Shown in pieces: positions 1 through 9,867 of a stretch of DNA of 51,104 bases. Each line of letters begins with the position of its first letter. The first letter of the stretch is position 1. The notes under the pieces are model-generated. The model was not told the DNA's origin and searched no databases. It saw only the letters and a list, made by a program, of their open reading frames with translations. Source of the DNA: Agromyces sp. (GTDB lineage: Bacteria > Actinomycetota > Actinomycetes > Actinomycetales > Microbacteriaceae); the NCBI GenBank assembly GCA_035698465.1, contig DASSBT010000031.1:1-51104 (forward strand), given 5' to 3'. The position numbers and the translations under genes were made by a program.

Positions 1-5
1 CCGGT

Positions 6-1679
6 TCAGGCCGGTGGGGATGCGGCCCGTCCACGCTGGATGTGGCTCCGCGCGTGCTCGATGGCCGCGGGCAGGTCGTCGAAGAGGTGGTTCTGGTGCC
101 GCAGCGACGCGATCACTCCGACGCGCTCGGCGAGTCCAAGGTGGCGGCTCTGGATGCCCTTGACGAGCACGGTCACTCCTCGCCGCTCGAGGGCGTGGAT
201 GAGCTCGGTGATGACCTGGGCGCCGGTGGCGTCGAGGATCTGCAGCTGCGACATCCGGATGATGACGACCTCGACGCCGCGGATCTCGCCGACACGTTCG
301 AGCATGCGCTCGGCCGCACCGAAGAACAGCGCGCCCTCGAGGCGGAAGACGGCGATGCGCTCGTCGCCCGCCTCGACGGGGCCAGGGAGTTCCTCACGAT
401 GCACGCCGCTCGATCGCGCGAGCGCCCGGAGTGCGAAGAACGCGGCGACGGCGATCCCGATCACGACGGCGTAGATGAGGTCGAAGCTCACGGTGATGAT
501 GGCGGTGACGACGAAGACGATCGCGTCGGAGCGCGTCGAGCCCATCACCGTGCGCACCGTCGCGATCGAGATCATGCGCGTCGAGGTCACCATGAGCACG
601 CCGGCGAGCGCCGCGAGCGGGATCACCGCCACCACGCCGGCGCCCACCGCGACGATGCCGGCGAGCAGCAGGGCGTGCAGGATCGAGGCGAGGCGCGTGC
701 GCCCACCGGTGCGCACGTTCACGGCCGTGCGCGCGATCGCACCGGTCGCGGGCATTCCGCCGAAGAATGCGGATGCCACGGACGCCAGCCCCTGGCCGAC
801 GAGTTCGCGATCGGCATCGTACGGGCCCGTGTCCGAGATGGAAGCGGCGACTCGGGCCGACAGCAGCGATTCGATCGCTGCCAGCGCGGCGACGGTGAGT
901 GCCGGGCCGAGGAGCGGGCCCACGGCATCCCACGAGAGCGTCGGAAGGATCGGAGCGGGAAGGCCGGCGGGCAGTGCGCCGATCGTCGCGACCGGAAGCT
1001 GGGCGAGCACCGCGACCACGCTGACGAGGATGATGGCGACGATCGATCCCGGCATCAACCGGTGGAGCCTCGGCGCGAAGACCATGATCGCCGCGACCAC
1101 GAGCACGATCCCGATGGCCCATGCGGCTTCGGGCCAGGTGACCGTGGGGAGTGCCTGCACGGCGGCGACGAGCGCGTTCGTACTCTCACCGGGTTCGGTG
1201 CCGAGTGCGGCCGGCACCTGCTGCAGGAAGATGATGATCGCGATGCCGAGGGTGAACCCCTCGATCACCGGCCAGGGGATGTAGGTGACGGCGCGGCCGA
1301 GCCGCAGCAGGCCGGCGATCACGACCATGACACCCGCGAGCAGGCCGACGGTCGCGAGGGCGCCGACGCCGTTCGTCGCGATGATCGGTGCGAGCACCAC
1401 GACCATCGCGCCGGTCGGGCCCGAGACCTGCACGTTCGAGCCGCCGAACACCGCCGCGACCACGCCGGCGATGATCGCGGTCACGAGACCGCTCTCGGCG
1501 CCGGCACCCGAGCTCACGCCGAAGGCGAGCGCCAACGGCAGGGCGACGATGCCGACGGTCACGCCCGCGATCAGGTCGCCCCGCCAGCTGCGCCGTGTCT
1601 CGCGGTAGTCGGACGGTGAGGGCAGGAGCGCACGCGCCGCGCGGGCCGCACTCACGACGCGGTCGGAGCGGGAACTCAT
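6..1679 (-). CDS. SulP family inorganic anion transporter with C-terminal STAS domain
   Basis: 557 aa, multiple TM segments; GDLIAGVTVGIVALPLALAFG and QVSGPTGA SulP motifs; C-terminal FRLEGALFFGAAE...ILDATG STAS. Confidence 0.93.
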   Translation of the reverse strand: MSSRSDRVVSAARAARALLPSPSDYRETRRSWRGDLIAGVTVGIVALPLALAFGVSSGAGAESGLVTAIIAGVVAAVFGGSNVQVSGPTGAMVVVLAPIIATNGVGALATVGLLAGVMVVIAGLLRLGRAVTYIPWPVIEGFTLGIAIIIFLQQVPAALGTEPGESTNALVAAVQALPTVTWPEAAWAIGIVLVVAAIMVFAPRLHRLMPGSIVAIILVSVVAVLAQLPVATIGALPAGLPAPILPTLSWDAVGPLLGPALTVAALAAIESLLSARVAASISDTGPYDADRELVGQGLASVASAFFGGMPATGAIARTAVNVRTGGRTRLASILHALLLAGIVAVGAGVVAVIPLAALAGVLMVTSTRMISIATVRTVMGSTRSDAIVFVVTAIITVSFDLIYAVVIGIAVAAFFALRALARSSGVHREELPGPVEAGDERIAVFRLEGALFFGAAERMLERVGEIRGVEVVIIRMSQLQILDATGAQVITELIHALERRGVTVLVKGIQSRHLGLAERVGVIASLRHQNHLFDDLPAAIEHARSHIQRGRAASPPA

Positions 1680-2116
1680 GGCGAAGGCGCCTCGGACGGC
1701 GCACCGGCCGGCACGGCCGGCGAGGCCGGCGAGGCCGGCACGGCCGGCGAGGCCGGCACGGGCGGTGGGATCGCGGGCAGCCCCGACCGCTCGACGAGTT
1801 GCCGCTCGGTGGTCTCGAGGATCTCTCCGAGCAGGGCACGCGCGACGCGGAGCAGGTCGGCCACCTGCGCGTAGGCGAGCCGGTAGTAGACCTGGTTGCC
1901 GCGCCGATCGGCAACGACGAGCCGGTAGTTGCGAAGCACCGCGAGGTGCTGCGAGAGGTGCGACGCCTCGAGTCCGGTCGCTTCGAGCAGTTCGGAGACG
2001 GATGCCTCGGGCGCCGTCGCCAGCACCTCGAGCACCCGCACTCGCAACGGGTGAGCAAGGCCCTTGAACAGGTTCGCCTTGACTTCGTACAGCGGGCGAC
2101 TGGAATCGGGCAGCAC
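1676..2116 (-). CDS. ArsR/SmtB family transcriptional regulator
   Basis: LFKGLAHPLRVRVL...ASHLSQHLAVLR...RRGNQVYYRL wHTH; GTG start with GAGGAG RBS; stop overlaps sulP ATG (ATGA). Confidence 0.9.
   Translation of the reverse strand: MLPDSSRPLYEVKANLFKGLAHPLRVRVLEVLATAPEASVSELLEATGLEASHLSQHLAVLRNYRLVVADRRGNQVYYRLAYAQVADLLRVARALLGEILETTERQLVERSGLPAIPPPVPASPAVPASPASPAVPAGAPSEAPSP
1706..1759. repeat. Six tandem 9-bp units (GGCCGGCAC/GGCCGGCGA) encoding the VPA/SPA tail of ArsR
   Basis: Directly visible tandem array. Confidence 0.85.
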
Positions 2117-2142
2117 CAACTGCTCCTCACTTCTCGGCTGAT

Positions 2143-2158
2143 TTGATGGATTTCTCAA
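2143..2158. promoter_or_regulatory. Possible ArsR operator (TTGA-N8-TCAA) in an AT-rich patch upstream of arsR-sulP
   Basis: TTGATGGATTTCTCAA imperfect palindrome in the divergent intergenic region. Confidence 0.35.
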
Positions 2159-2281
2159 TTCATCTTACGCGCAACCGGTGCGTGCTGGGCCTGTTCGACG
2201 CCGGTGAGCGCGCCATGGTCGGCCGCATGCCGGCGGCATCCGGGGCTTTCCAGCACGCCCTGCGGTGTGGTTGGATTCACT

Positions 2282-3868
2282 ATGAGTGGAGGCGAAGCCG
2301 CGCCCGCGACGCCGTTCAACCTCCGTCTTGCGATCCTCCTCGCGATGGCGATGTTCGTGCTGGTCGTCGACACGTCGCTCATGAACGTGTCGATCTCGGC
2401 GGTCGTGCGCGACCTCGACACCACCGCGAGCGGGGTGCAGGGCGCGATCGCGCTCGAGGCACTCGTGTCGGCGGCCTTCATCCTCATCGGCGGCAAGACC
2501 GGTGACCTGATCGGCCGCAAACTCGCCTATGTCCTCGGGCTTCTCGGCTATGCGGTCGGTGCCATCGCGATGACGCTGGCGCAGGACCTCACCGCGGTCA
2601 TCATCTTCTGGGCGCTCATCGGCGGCATCGGCGCATCCCTGCTGCTGCCCTCGATGCAGTCGCTCATCCACGGCAATTTCGCGGGCGAGCACCAGAAGCG
2701 GGTGTACGCACTGGTCGGGGCATCCGCCGCCATCGCCGCCGCCGTCGGCCCGCTGCTCGGCGGGTTCATCACGACGTTCCTCTCGTGGCGGGTCGGCTTC
2801 CTGCTCGAGGCCGTGATCATCGCAGTCGTGCTGGCCGGCATCGGCCTCGTGAAGGATGTGCCGTACCACGGCGAACGGTCGATCGACCTCGTCGGCGCCG
2901 CGCTGTCGATCATCGGCATGGGTGGCGTCGTCACGGGCATCCTGGTCTGGCAGGAGGGCGGCGGGTACGTGGGCCTCATCATCGGCATCGGCGTGCTCGG
3001 ACTCGGCCTGCTCGTGTTCTGGCTGCGCAGCCGCAAGCGCCGCGGCAGGCCGACGCTGCTCGACCCGACCCTGTTCGAGTCGAAGATGTTCCGCGCAGGG
3101 GCATCCGGTCAGATGCTGCAGCAGATCGCGCTCGGCGGCACCATGATCGTGCTGCCCATCTACCTGCAGATGGTGCTGGAGTACAACGCGCTCGAAGCCG
3201 GCCTGTCGATCGCGCCGCTCTCGCTCAGCATGTTCGCGATCGCGCTGCTCGCGGGCCGCGGCCTGAAGCGGCGCCCGGCGACGATCATCCTCTGGGGGTT
3301 CGTGCTCGTCGTGGCGGGCCTGGTCGTGCTCGTGCCCCTCGTGCCGCGGGTCGACTCGGGCTGGTACCTGCTCGTGCCCCTCATCATCTCGGGCTGCGGC
3401 CTCGGCCTGCTCGTGTCGCAGTTGAACAACTACACGTTGTCGCCGATCTCCGATGAGCGGGTCAGCGAGGCGGCCGGCGTGAACTCGGCGGCCGGTTCGT
3501 TCGGCCTCTCGTTCGGCCTGGCGTTCGCAGGCGCCATCATGCTCGCGACGCTCGCCTTCACGTTCACGGCGCGCTCCGATGCGAGTACGGTGCTGTCGCC
3601 CGAGCAGCAGCAGCAGGTCTCGACGGTGCTCGAGGAGGACGCCGAGATCATGACCAACACCGGGCTCGAGGAGTTGCTCGTCGACGAATCGCCCGAGGTG
3701 CAGGCCGAGATCGTGCGCATCAACACCGAGTCGCGGTTCATCGCGCTGCAGGTCGCCCTGTTCGTGCCGATCCTCGCGGGGGTGCTCGGCATCCTGAACG
3801 GCTTCCGGATGCGGCGCCTACCGGATCCGAAGCCGTCGGAGACCGCCGAGGGCACGATGCTGGGCTGA
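2282..3868 (+). CDS. MFS transporter (DHA2-like, ~14 TM)
   Basis: MFVLVVDTSLMNVSI, GKTGDLIGRK motif A, GPLLGGFIT motif C; start codon uncertain. Confidence 0.88.
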   Translation: MSGGEAAPATPFNLRLAILLAMAMFVLVVDTSLMNVSISAVVRDLDTTASGVQGAIALEALVSAAFILIGGKTGDLIGRKLAYVLGLLGYAVGAIAMTLAQDLTAVIIFWALIGGIGASLLLPSMQSLIHGNFAGEHQKRVYALVGASAAIAAAVGPLLGGFITTFLSWRVGFLLEAVIIAVVLAGIGLVKDVPYHGERSIDLVGAALSIIGMGGVVTGILVWQEGGGYVGLIIGIGVLGLGLLVFWLRSRKRRGRPTLLDPTLFESKMFRAGASGQMLQQIALGGTMIVLPIYLQMVLEYNALEAGLSIAPLSLSMFAIALLAGRGLKRRPATIILWGFVLVVAGLVVLVPLVPRVDSGWYLLVPLIISGCGLGLLVSQLNNYTLSPISDERVSEAAGVNSAAGSFGLSFGLAFAGAIMLATLAFTFTARSDASTVLSPEQQQQVSTVLEEDAEIMTNTGLEELLVDESPEVQAEIVRINTESRFIALQVALFVPILAGVLGILNGFRMRRLPDPKPSETAEGTMLG

Positions 3869-3907
3869 CCCACGGTGCGGCACACGAGCGACTCGGGAGC
3901 GAGGGGC

Positions 3908-4435
3908 TCAGATGGCGTGCGGAGCGAGGAGGTCGGCGAAGGCGGACGTGTTCAGGAACGTGATGCGGTCCCCCGAGACCACGGCGACGGTGCTGACACC
4001 GGTGCCGGGGTCGACCGGCCCGGCGTACCTGCCGTCCGCGCCGCCGTTCATCTCGGCATAGCCTGCTTCGACGAGCGTGACCTCCCAGGCCACCCAGTCC
4101 GCGTCGGGAACGAGCAGCTGCACGACCGTGAGTCCCGCTTCGCTCTGCGGCCGGCCCCAGGCACACGCCGTGCCACCGGCCTCCTCGAGCTGCACCGCGA
4201 GGGAATCGAAGAGCTGGGGCTCGACCGGGTCGAGTCCGTCGGCGGCGAGCTTCGCGTTGCCATCCGCCCCCAGCATCTCGTCGCACTCGATCGCGGCCGC
4301 GTCGGTCGCGGGTGTCGTCGGGGCGGCCGACGGGCTCGGCGCCGGTGAGGGTTGCGGCTGGGGCTGGGCGGTGCAGCCCGTGAGGGCGAGGCCGAGGACG
4401 ATGAGAGCCGGAAGCGTACGCGCGATGGGAGTCAC
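3908..4435 (-). CDS. Putative lipoprotein, unknown function
   Basis: Signal peptide with lipobox LALTG-C, then Pro-rich linker; TAGGCT 6 nt before GTG suggests a leaderless mRNA. Confidence 0.72.
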   Translation of the reverse strand: MTPIARTLPALIVLGLALTGCTAQPQPQPSPAPSPSAAPTTPATDAAAIECDEMLGADGNAKLAADGLDPVEPQLFDSLAVQLEEAGGTACAWGRPQSEAGLTVVQLLVPDADWVAWEVTLVEAGYAEMNGGADGRYAGPVDPGTGVSTVAVVSGDRITFLNTSAFADLLAPHAI

Positions 4436-4485
4436 CGGTGCAGCCTACCGGTCGCATGGCGCGGGTCGGCGAGCGCGGTCACGCT

Positions 4486-4511
4486 GGAATACTGGGCGTT
4501 CGCCGTGAGTT
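4486..4511 (+). promoter_or_regulatory. SigH/SigR-type ECF promoter for the dnaK operon
   Basis: GGAA-N19-GTT; the same GGAATAC-N16-GTTGAGT arrangement occurs upstream of clpB. Confidence 0.6.
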
Positions 4512-4529
4512 GAGTCAAGTGCGCTCAAG
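4509..4529. promoter_or_regulatory. HAIR operator (HspR site), imperfect
   Basis: GTTGAGT-N7-GCTCAAG versus consensus CTTGAGT-N7-ACTCAAG. Confidence 0.8.
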
Positions 4530-4544
4530 TTTCGCGATTTCGAA

Positions 4545-4573
4545 TTGACACCGGAATCTGCGGGTGGAACACT
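4545..4573 (+). promoter_or_regulatory. Sigma-A-like promoter for dnaK
   Basis: TTGACA at 4545-4550, 17 nt spacer, AACACT at 4568-4573 abutting the HAIR. Confidence 0.55.
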
Positions 4574-4592
4574 TGAGTCGTCGGGACTCAAG
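4572..4592. promoter_or_regulatory. HAIR operator (HspR site), perfect
   Basis: CTTGAGT-CGTCGGG-ACTCAAG. Confidence 0.95.
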
Positions 4593-4727
4593 TTCCGGCG
4601 CCATTGACTTGGTTCGGTCCGTGAGCCTGCCGGAGGGCGGGTGAGCACGGCCGAACCGATGACCCTGCCATGGTCTCGATACGCGCTGCGCGCTACTCGA
4701 CCGACGGGCGGGAGAAGGAGAACACAC

Positions 4728-6602
<1,875 letters not shown>

Positions 6603-6604
6603 TC

Positions 6605-7270
6605 ATGTCGGATGAGAACCAGAACCACGAAGAGCCGGTGATTCGCGACAAGCGGCGCATCGACCCCGAGACCGGTGAGGTTCGTCAGCCGACTGAGCCA
6701 GCTGAGGTCCCTGAGCCCGTCGAGGTCCCTGAGCCCGTCGAAGGGACGAGTGATGCCTCCGGGGCATCCGCTTCGACAGGCTCAGCGGACGGAGCGGACG
6801 ACCACGAGCTCACCGTCGACGACATCCTGAACGCGGCGCAGGCCGAGGTGGCGGAGCCGAGCGACGAGCACCTCGCCGACCTCAAGCGCGTCACCGCCGA
6901 GTACGCGAACTACCGCAAGCGCACCGAGGCGAACCGCGAGGTCGAGCGCGAACGCGCGGTCGGCGCGGCCGTGGCCGTGCTGCTTCCGGTGCTCGACGAC
7001 CTCGACCTTGCTGAGAAGCACGGTGACCTCGAGGGCGATGCTCCGTTCGCGACGATCGCGGCCAAGCTGCGCGGCGCAGTCGAGAAGCTCGGGCTCAGGG
7101 CGTTCGGCGACGTGGGCGAGCCGTTCGACCCGCAGAAGCACGAGGCGGTCTTCCAGCAGCCGTCAGACGAGGTCGAGACCGAGACGGTCGCCGACGTCGT
7201 CCAGACCGGCTACTGGCTCGGCGGCACGCTGCTTCGCGCGGCGAAGGTCGTCGTGAAGACGCCGCAGTAG
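6605..7270 (+). CDS. grpE: Nucleotide exchange factor GrpE
   Basis: AEYANYRKR, LLPVLDDL, GEPFDPQKHEAV, GY-LLRAAKV; follows dnaK. Confidence 0.97.
   Translation: MSDENQNHEEPVIRDKRRIDPETGEVRQPTEPAEVPEPVEVPEPVEGTSDASGASASTGSADGADDHELTVDDILNAAQAEVAEPSDEHLADLKRVTAEYANYRKRTEANREVERERAVGAAVAVLLPVLDDLDLAEKHGDLEGDAPFATIAAKLRGAVEKLGLRAFGDVGEPFDPQKHEAVFQQPSDEVETETVADVVQTGYWLGGTLLRAAKVVVKTPQ
6707..6790. repeat. REP-like inverted repeat embedded in frame in grpE
   Basis: GTCCCTGAGCCCGTCGA twice, then CTTCGACAGGCTCAG (6771-6785), which is the reverse complement of CTGAGCCCGTCGAAG with 1 mismatch. Confidence 0.7.
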
Positions 7271-7278
7271 TGACGATT

Positions 7279-7387
7279 CGGCCGGCCCGCGGCATCCGTT
7301 CGCGGATATCGCGGACCGGCCGCCGGATGTTTCCGTTTGCACTGTGCGTGCCTCTCCGATGAGCCGCATACGGTGCAAACGGAAACA
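7279..7387. repeat. Two adjacent hairpins between grpE and dnaJ
   Basis: GC-rich hairpin with TTCG loop (about 7279-7322), then perfect 15-bp arms TGTTTCCGTTTGCAC/GTGCAAACGGAAACA (7328-7387). Confidence 0.8.
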
Positions 7388-7427
7388 CTGGGAAGATCGA
7401 ACGAGAACACAACGAGAGGAGGTGCCG

Positions 7428-8417
7428 ATGGCCAGTCAGGATTGGTTCGACAAGGACTTCTATCAGGTGCTCGGCGTCTCCAAAGACGTGAGCGACGCCG
7501 AGCTGAAGAAGGTCTACCGCAAGCTCGCGCGCAAGTACCACCCCGATTCGAATCCGGGGGATGCCACGGCCGAGGCCAAGTTCAAGGAGATCAGCGAGGC
7601 GCACTCGGTGCTCGCCGACGCAGAGCAGCGCAAGGAGTACGACGCGATCCGCGCGATGGGCTCCGGCGCCCGGTTCACCGCGCCAGGCGGCGCGGGTGGT
7701 GCAGGCGGCTTCGAAGACGTCTTCGGCGGCATGTTCGGCCAGGGCGGCGGGCGCCAGTCGTACACGTTCCAGCAGGGCGGCGACTACGACGACCTGCTCG
7801 GCGGGCTCTTCGGCGGCGGACGGTTCGGCCAGCCCACCGGCGGCTACCGCGGGTATGGCGGCCCCACCCCGGGTCGCGACGTCGTGGCATCCACGACCCT
7901 CGATTTCGTGACGGCGACCAAGGGCGAGCAGATCACGCTGCAGGCTTCCGACGGCAAGCCGATCACCGTGCGGATTCCCGCCGGCGTCGCCGATGGGCAG
8001 AAGATCAAGCTGCGCGGCAAGGGGCAGCCATCGCCCGACGGCGGTCCGGCCGGCGACATCATCCTCACCGTGAACGTGCGCAAGCACCCCGTGTTCGAGC
8101 GCGACGGCCTGAACCTGCGCGTCAACGTGCCCGTGACCTTCACCGAGGCCGCGTTGGGCGCGACCATCGAGGTGCCCACCCTCGCGGGCAACCCGGTGAA
8201 GCTCAGGGTCGCCCCCGGCACGCCCAGCGGGCGGGTGCTGCGGGTGAAGGGCCGGGGCGTCGAGACGTCGAAGGGCACCGGCGACCTGCTCGCGGTCGTG
8301 CAGATCGCGGTGCCGTCGCACCTGTCGAAGGACGCGGAGGAGAAGCTCAAGGAGTTCGCCGCTGAGCTTCCCGACGAGAATCCGCGCACCGACCTGCTCG
8401 CCAAGGCCAAGGGCTGA
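7428..8417 (+). CDS. dnaJ: DnaJ co-chaperone, class B (no zinc finger)
   Basis: J-domain with HPD, G/F-rich region, C-terminal domain; no CxxCxGxG repeats; GGAGG RBS. Confidence 0.95.
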   Translation: MASQDWFDKDFYQVLGVSKDVSDAELKKVYRKLARKYHPDSNPGDATAEAKFKEISEAHSVLADAEQRKEYDAIRAMGSGARFTAPGGAGGAGGFEDVFGGMFGQGGGRQSYTFQQGGDYDDLLGGLFGGGRFGQPTGGYRGYGGPTPGRDVVASTTLDFVTATKGEQITLQASDGKPITVRIPAGVADGQKIKLRGKGQPSPDGGPAGDIILTVNVRKHPVFERDGLNLRVNVPVTFTEAALGATIEVPTLAGNPVKLRVAPGTPSGRVLRVKGRGVETSKGTGDLLAVVQIAVPSHLSKDAEEKLKEFAAELPDENPRTDLLAKAKG

Positions 8418-8422
8418 GGCAC

Positions 8423-8836
8423 ATGGACGAGACGAGCCCGCTGTTCGTCATCTCGATCGCGGCCGAGCTGGCGGGCATGCACCCGCAGACCCTGCGGCAG
8501 TACGACCGGCTGGGTCTCGTCTCTCCGACCCGCACCGCCGGCAAGTCGCGTCGCTATTCGATGCGCGATGTCGTGCAGTTGCGCGAGATCGCCCAACTCT
8601 CGAGCGAGGGCGTGAGTCTCGAGGGCATCCGCAGGGTGCTCGAGCTCGAAGACGAGGTGACGACGCTACGTGAGCGCGTGCGCGAGCTCGAGGGGATGCT
8701 CGCCGACGAGATGCTGAACCGGCCGGGCCGACGCGTCTTCGCCGCGGGCTCAGCCGGCGAGGTCGTGTCGCTTCGCGCGGGCACGAGGGTGCGGCGCGAG
8801 AACGCCGTCGTCGTGTGGCGGCCGCTCGACCGATGA
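8423..8836 (+). CDS. hspR: Heat-shock repressor HspR (MerR family)
   Basis: ISIAAELAGMHPQTLRQYDRLGLV; last gene of the dnaK operon; HAIR sites upstream. Confidence 0.97.
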   Translation: MDETSPLFVISIAAELAGMHPQTLRQYDRLGLVSPTRTAGKSRRYSMRDVVQLREIAQLSSEGVSLEGIRRVLELEDEVTTLRERVRELEGMLADEMLNRPGRRVFAAGSAGEVVSLRAGTRVRRENAVVVWRPLDR

Positions 8837-8852
8837 GGATCCGCGGATGCCG

Positions 8853-9476
8853 CTACCAGGCCGACTCGGGCGCCTCGACGATCGGCACCGGCGAGGTCGT
8901 CCAGTTCGCACCGTTGCCGTAGTGGCTCGACGCCCACGGCGAGGCCCAGATCGCCTGCGCCACGGCGCTCGCCGAGGTGCCGTCCTCGAGCGCGGCCACG
9001 ATCGCGCTGTAGAACGAGCGCTTGAGCAGGTTGTCGGCCGCATACTCCGCGGCGGTCACGAGGCTGTCGTAGCTGCCGAGTCCGCTCCCGCCGCCCGAGC
9101 CGTGGCCGTTGTTCAGCGGATTATTGCGGTTCCACCAGTTGTCGGGGCCGTTCTCCTCGCGCATCCACTGCAGCATCACGGTGACGTTCTGCTCGGTGAC
9201 CGGCCAGCCGCCGTAGATGAGCACGAGCTCGGCCCAGTCGGCGTTCGTGCCCGAGGCGATCAGCGTCTCGGGACCCGTCGCGGCGGTGTACGACTCGCGC
9301 GAGATCGGCGGCGCCGTGGCATCCGGTGCGACACTCACGGTCTGGGTCGCGCCGGCGTGCGTCTCTGAGGCGGCGACCGGCTCGATCGTGGCCGGAGGTT
9401 GCGGCACGAGCGCGAACGTCAGCGCCAGTGACAGCACTGCGACGGTCGCCGCCGGCGGCGCAAGGGTTCGACGCAT
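8853..9476 (-). CDS. Secreted or membrane-anchored protein, possibly lysozyme-like cell-wall enzyme
   Basis: N-terminal hydrophobic segment, Ala/Thr linker, C-terminal WMREEN...NNPLN...WASPWA domain; start could be 9596. Confidence 0.55.
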   Translation of the reverse strand: MRRTLAPPAATVAVLSLALTFALVPQPPATIEPVAASETHAGATQTVSVAPDATAPPISRESYTAATGPETLIASGTNADWAELVLIYGGWPVTEQNVTVMLQWMREENGPDNWWNRNNPLNNGHGSGGGSGLGSYDSLVTAAEYAADNLLKRSFYSAIVAALEDGTSASAVAQAIWASPWASSHYGNGANWTTSPVPIVEAPESAW

Positions 9477-9719
9477 CGTGCGCCCTGCGCGAGCTGGTCG
9501 CGAAGAACGATCGGACGGGGCAGCACCAGCGGATGCCGCGACCCGATTCTCAGCCGCGTGCCGTCCCGCGCGAATGTTCCGTCGTGCGTCCTGCATGCGG
9601 GGTCGAGGGTACCAAAGCGCTCCGGTGGCCGCACTCGACGACGTGACTCATCCAGGGAACACGAGGACTGCGCACGAGGGCCTCGCACGAGGGCGGTGCA
9701 TCAGGTTCGGGCTGGGGAA

Positions 9720-9815
9720 CTCCTGAAAACAAGGACATTGCCTCGCGCGTACTCGCGCTTTCAACCCGCATGGGTTGTCCTCACTTCCTGCACGGGTCGT
9801 CCTTGCTTTCAGGAG
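9720..9815. repeat. 96-bp element with 17-bp terminal inverted repeats (MITE/REP-like)
   Basis: CTCCTGAAAACAAGGAC ... GTCCTTGCTTTCAGGAG (1 mismatch). Confidence 0.65.
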
Positions 9816-9867
9816 GTGCGGGCACATGACCCCGCTCGCCCTCCGGCCCGCCGCGTAGCCTTGGCAC

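Noticed and set aside
9600-9867. ydaO (c-di-AMP) riboswitch upstream of the putative cell-wall enzyme
   Set aside because: The conserved ydaO blocks are not recognisable on the minus strand
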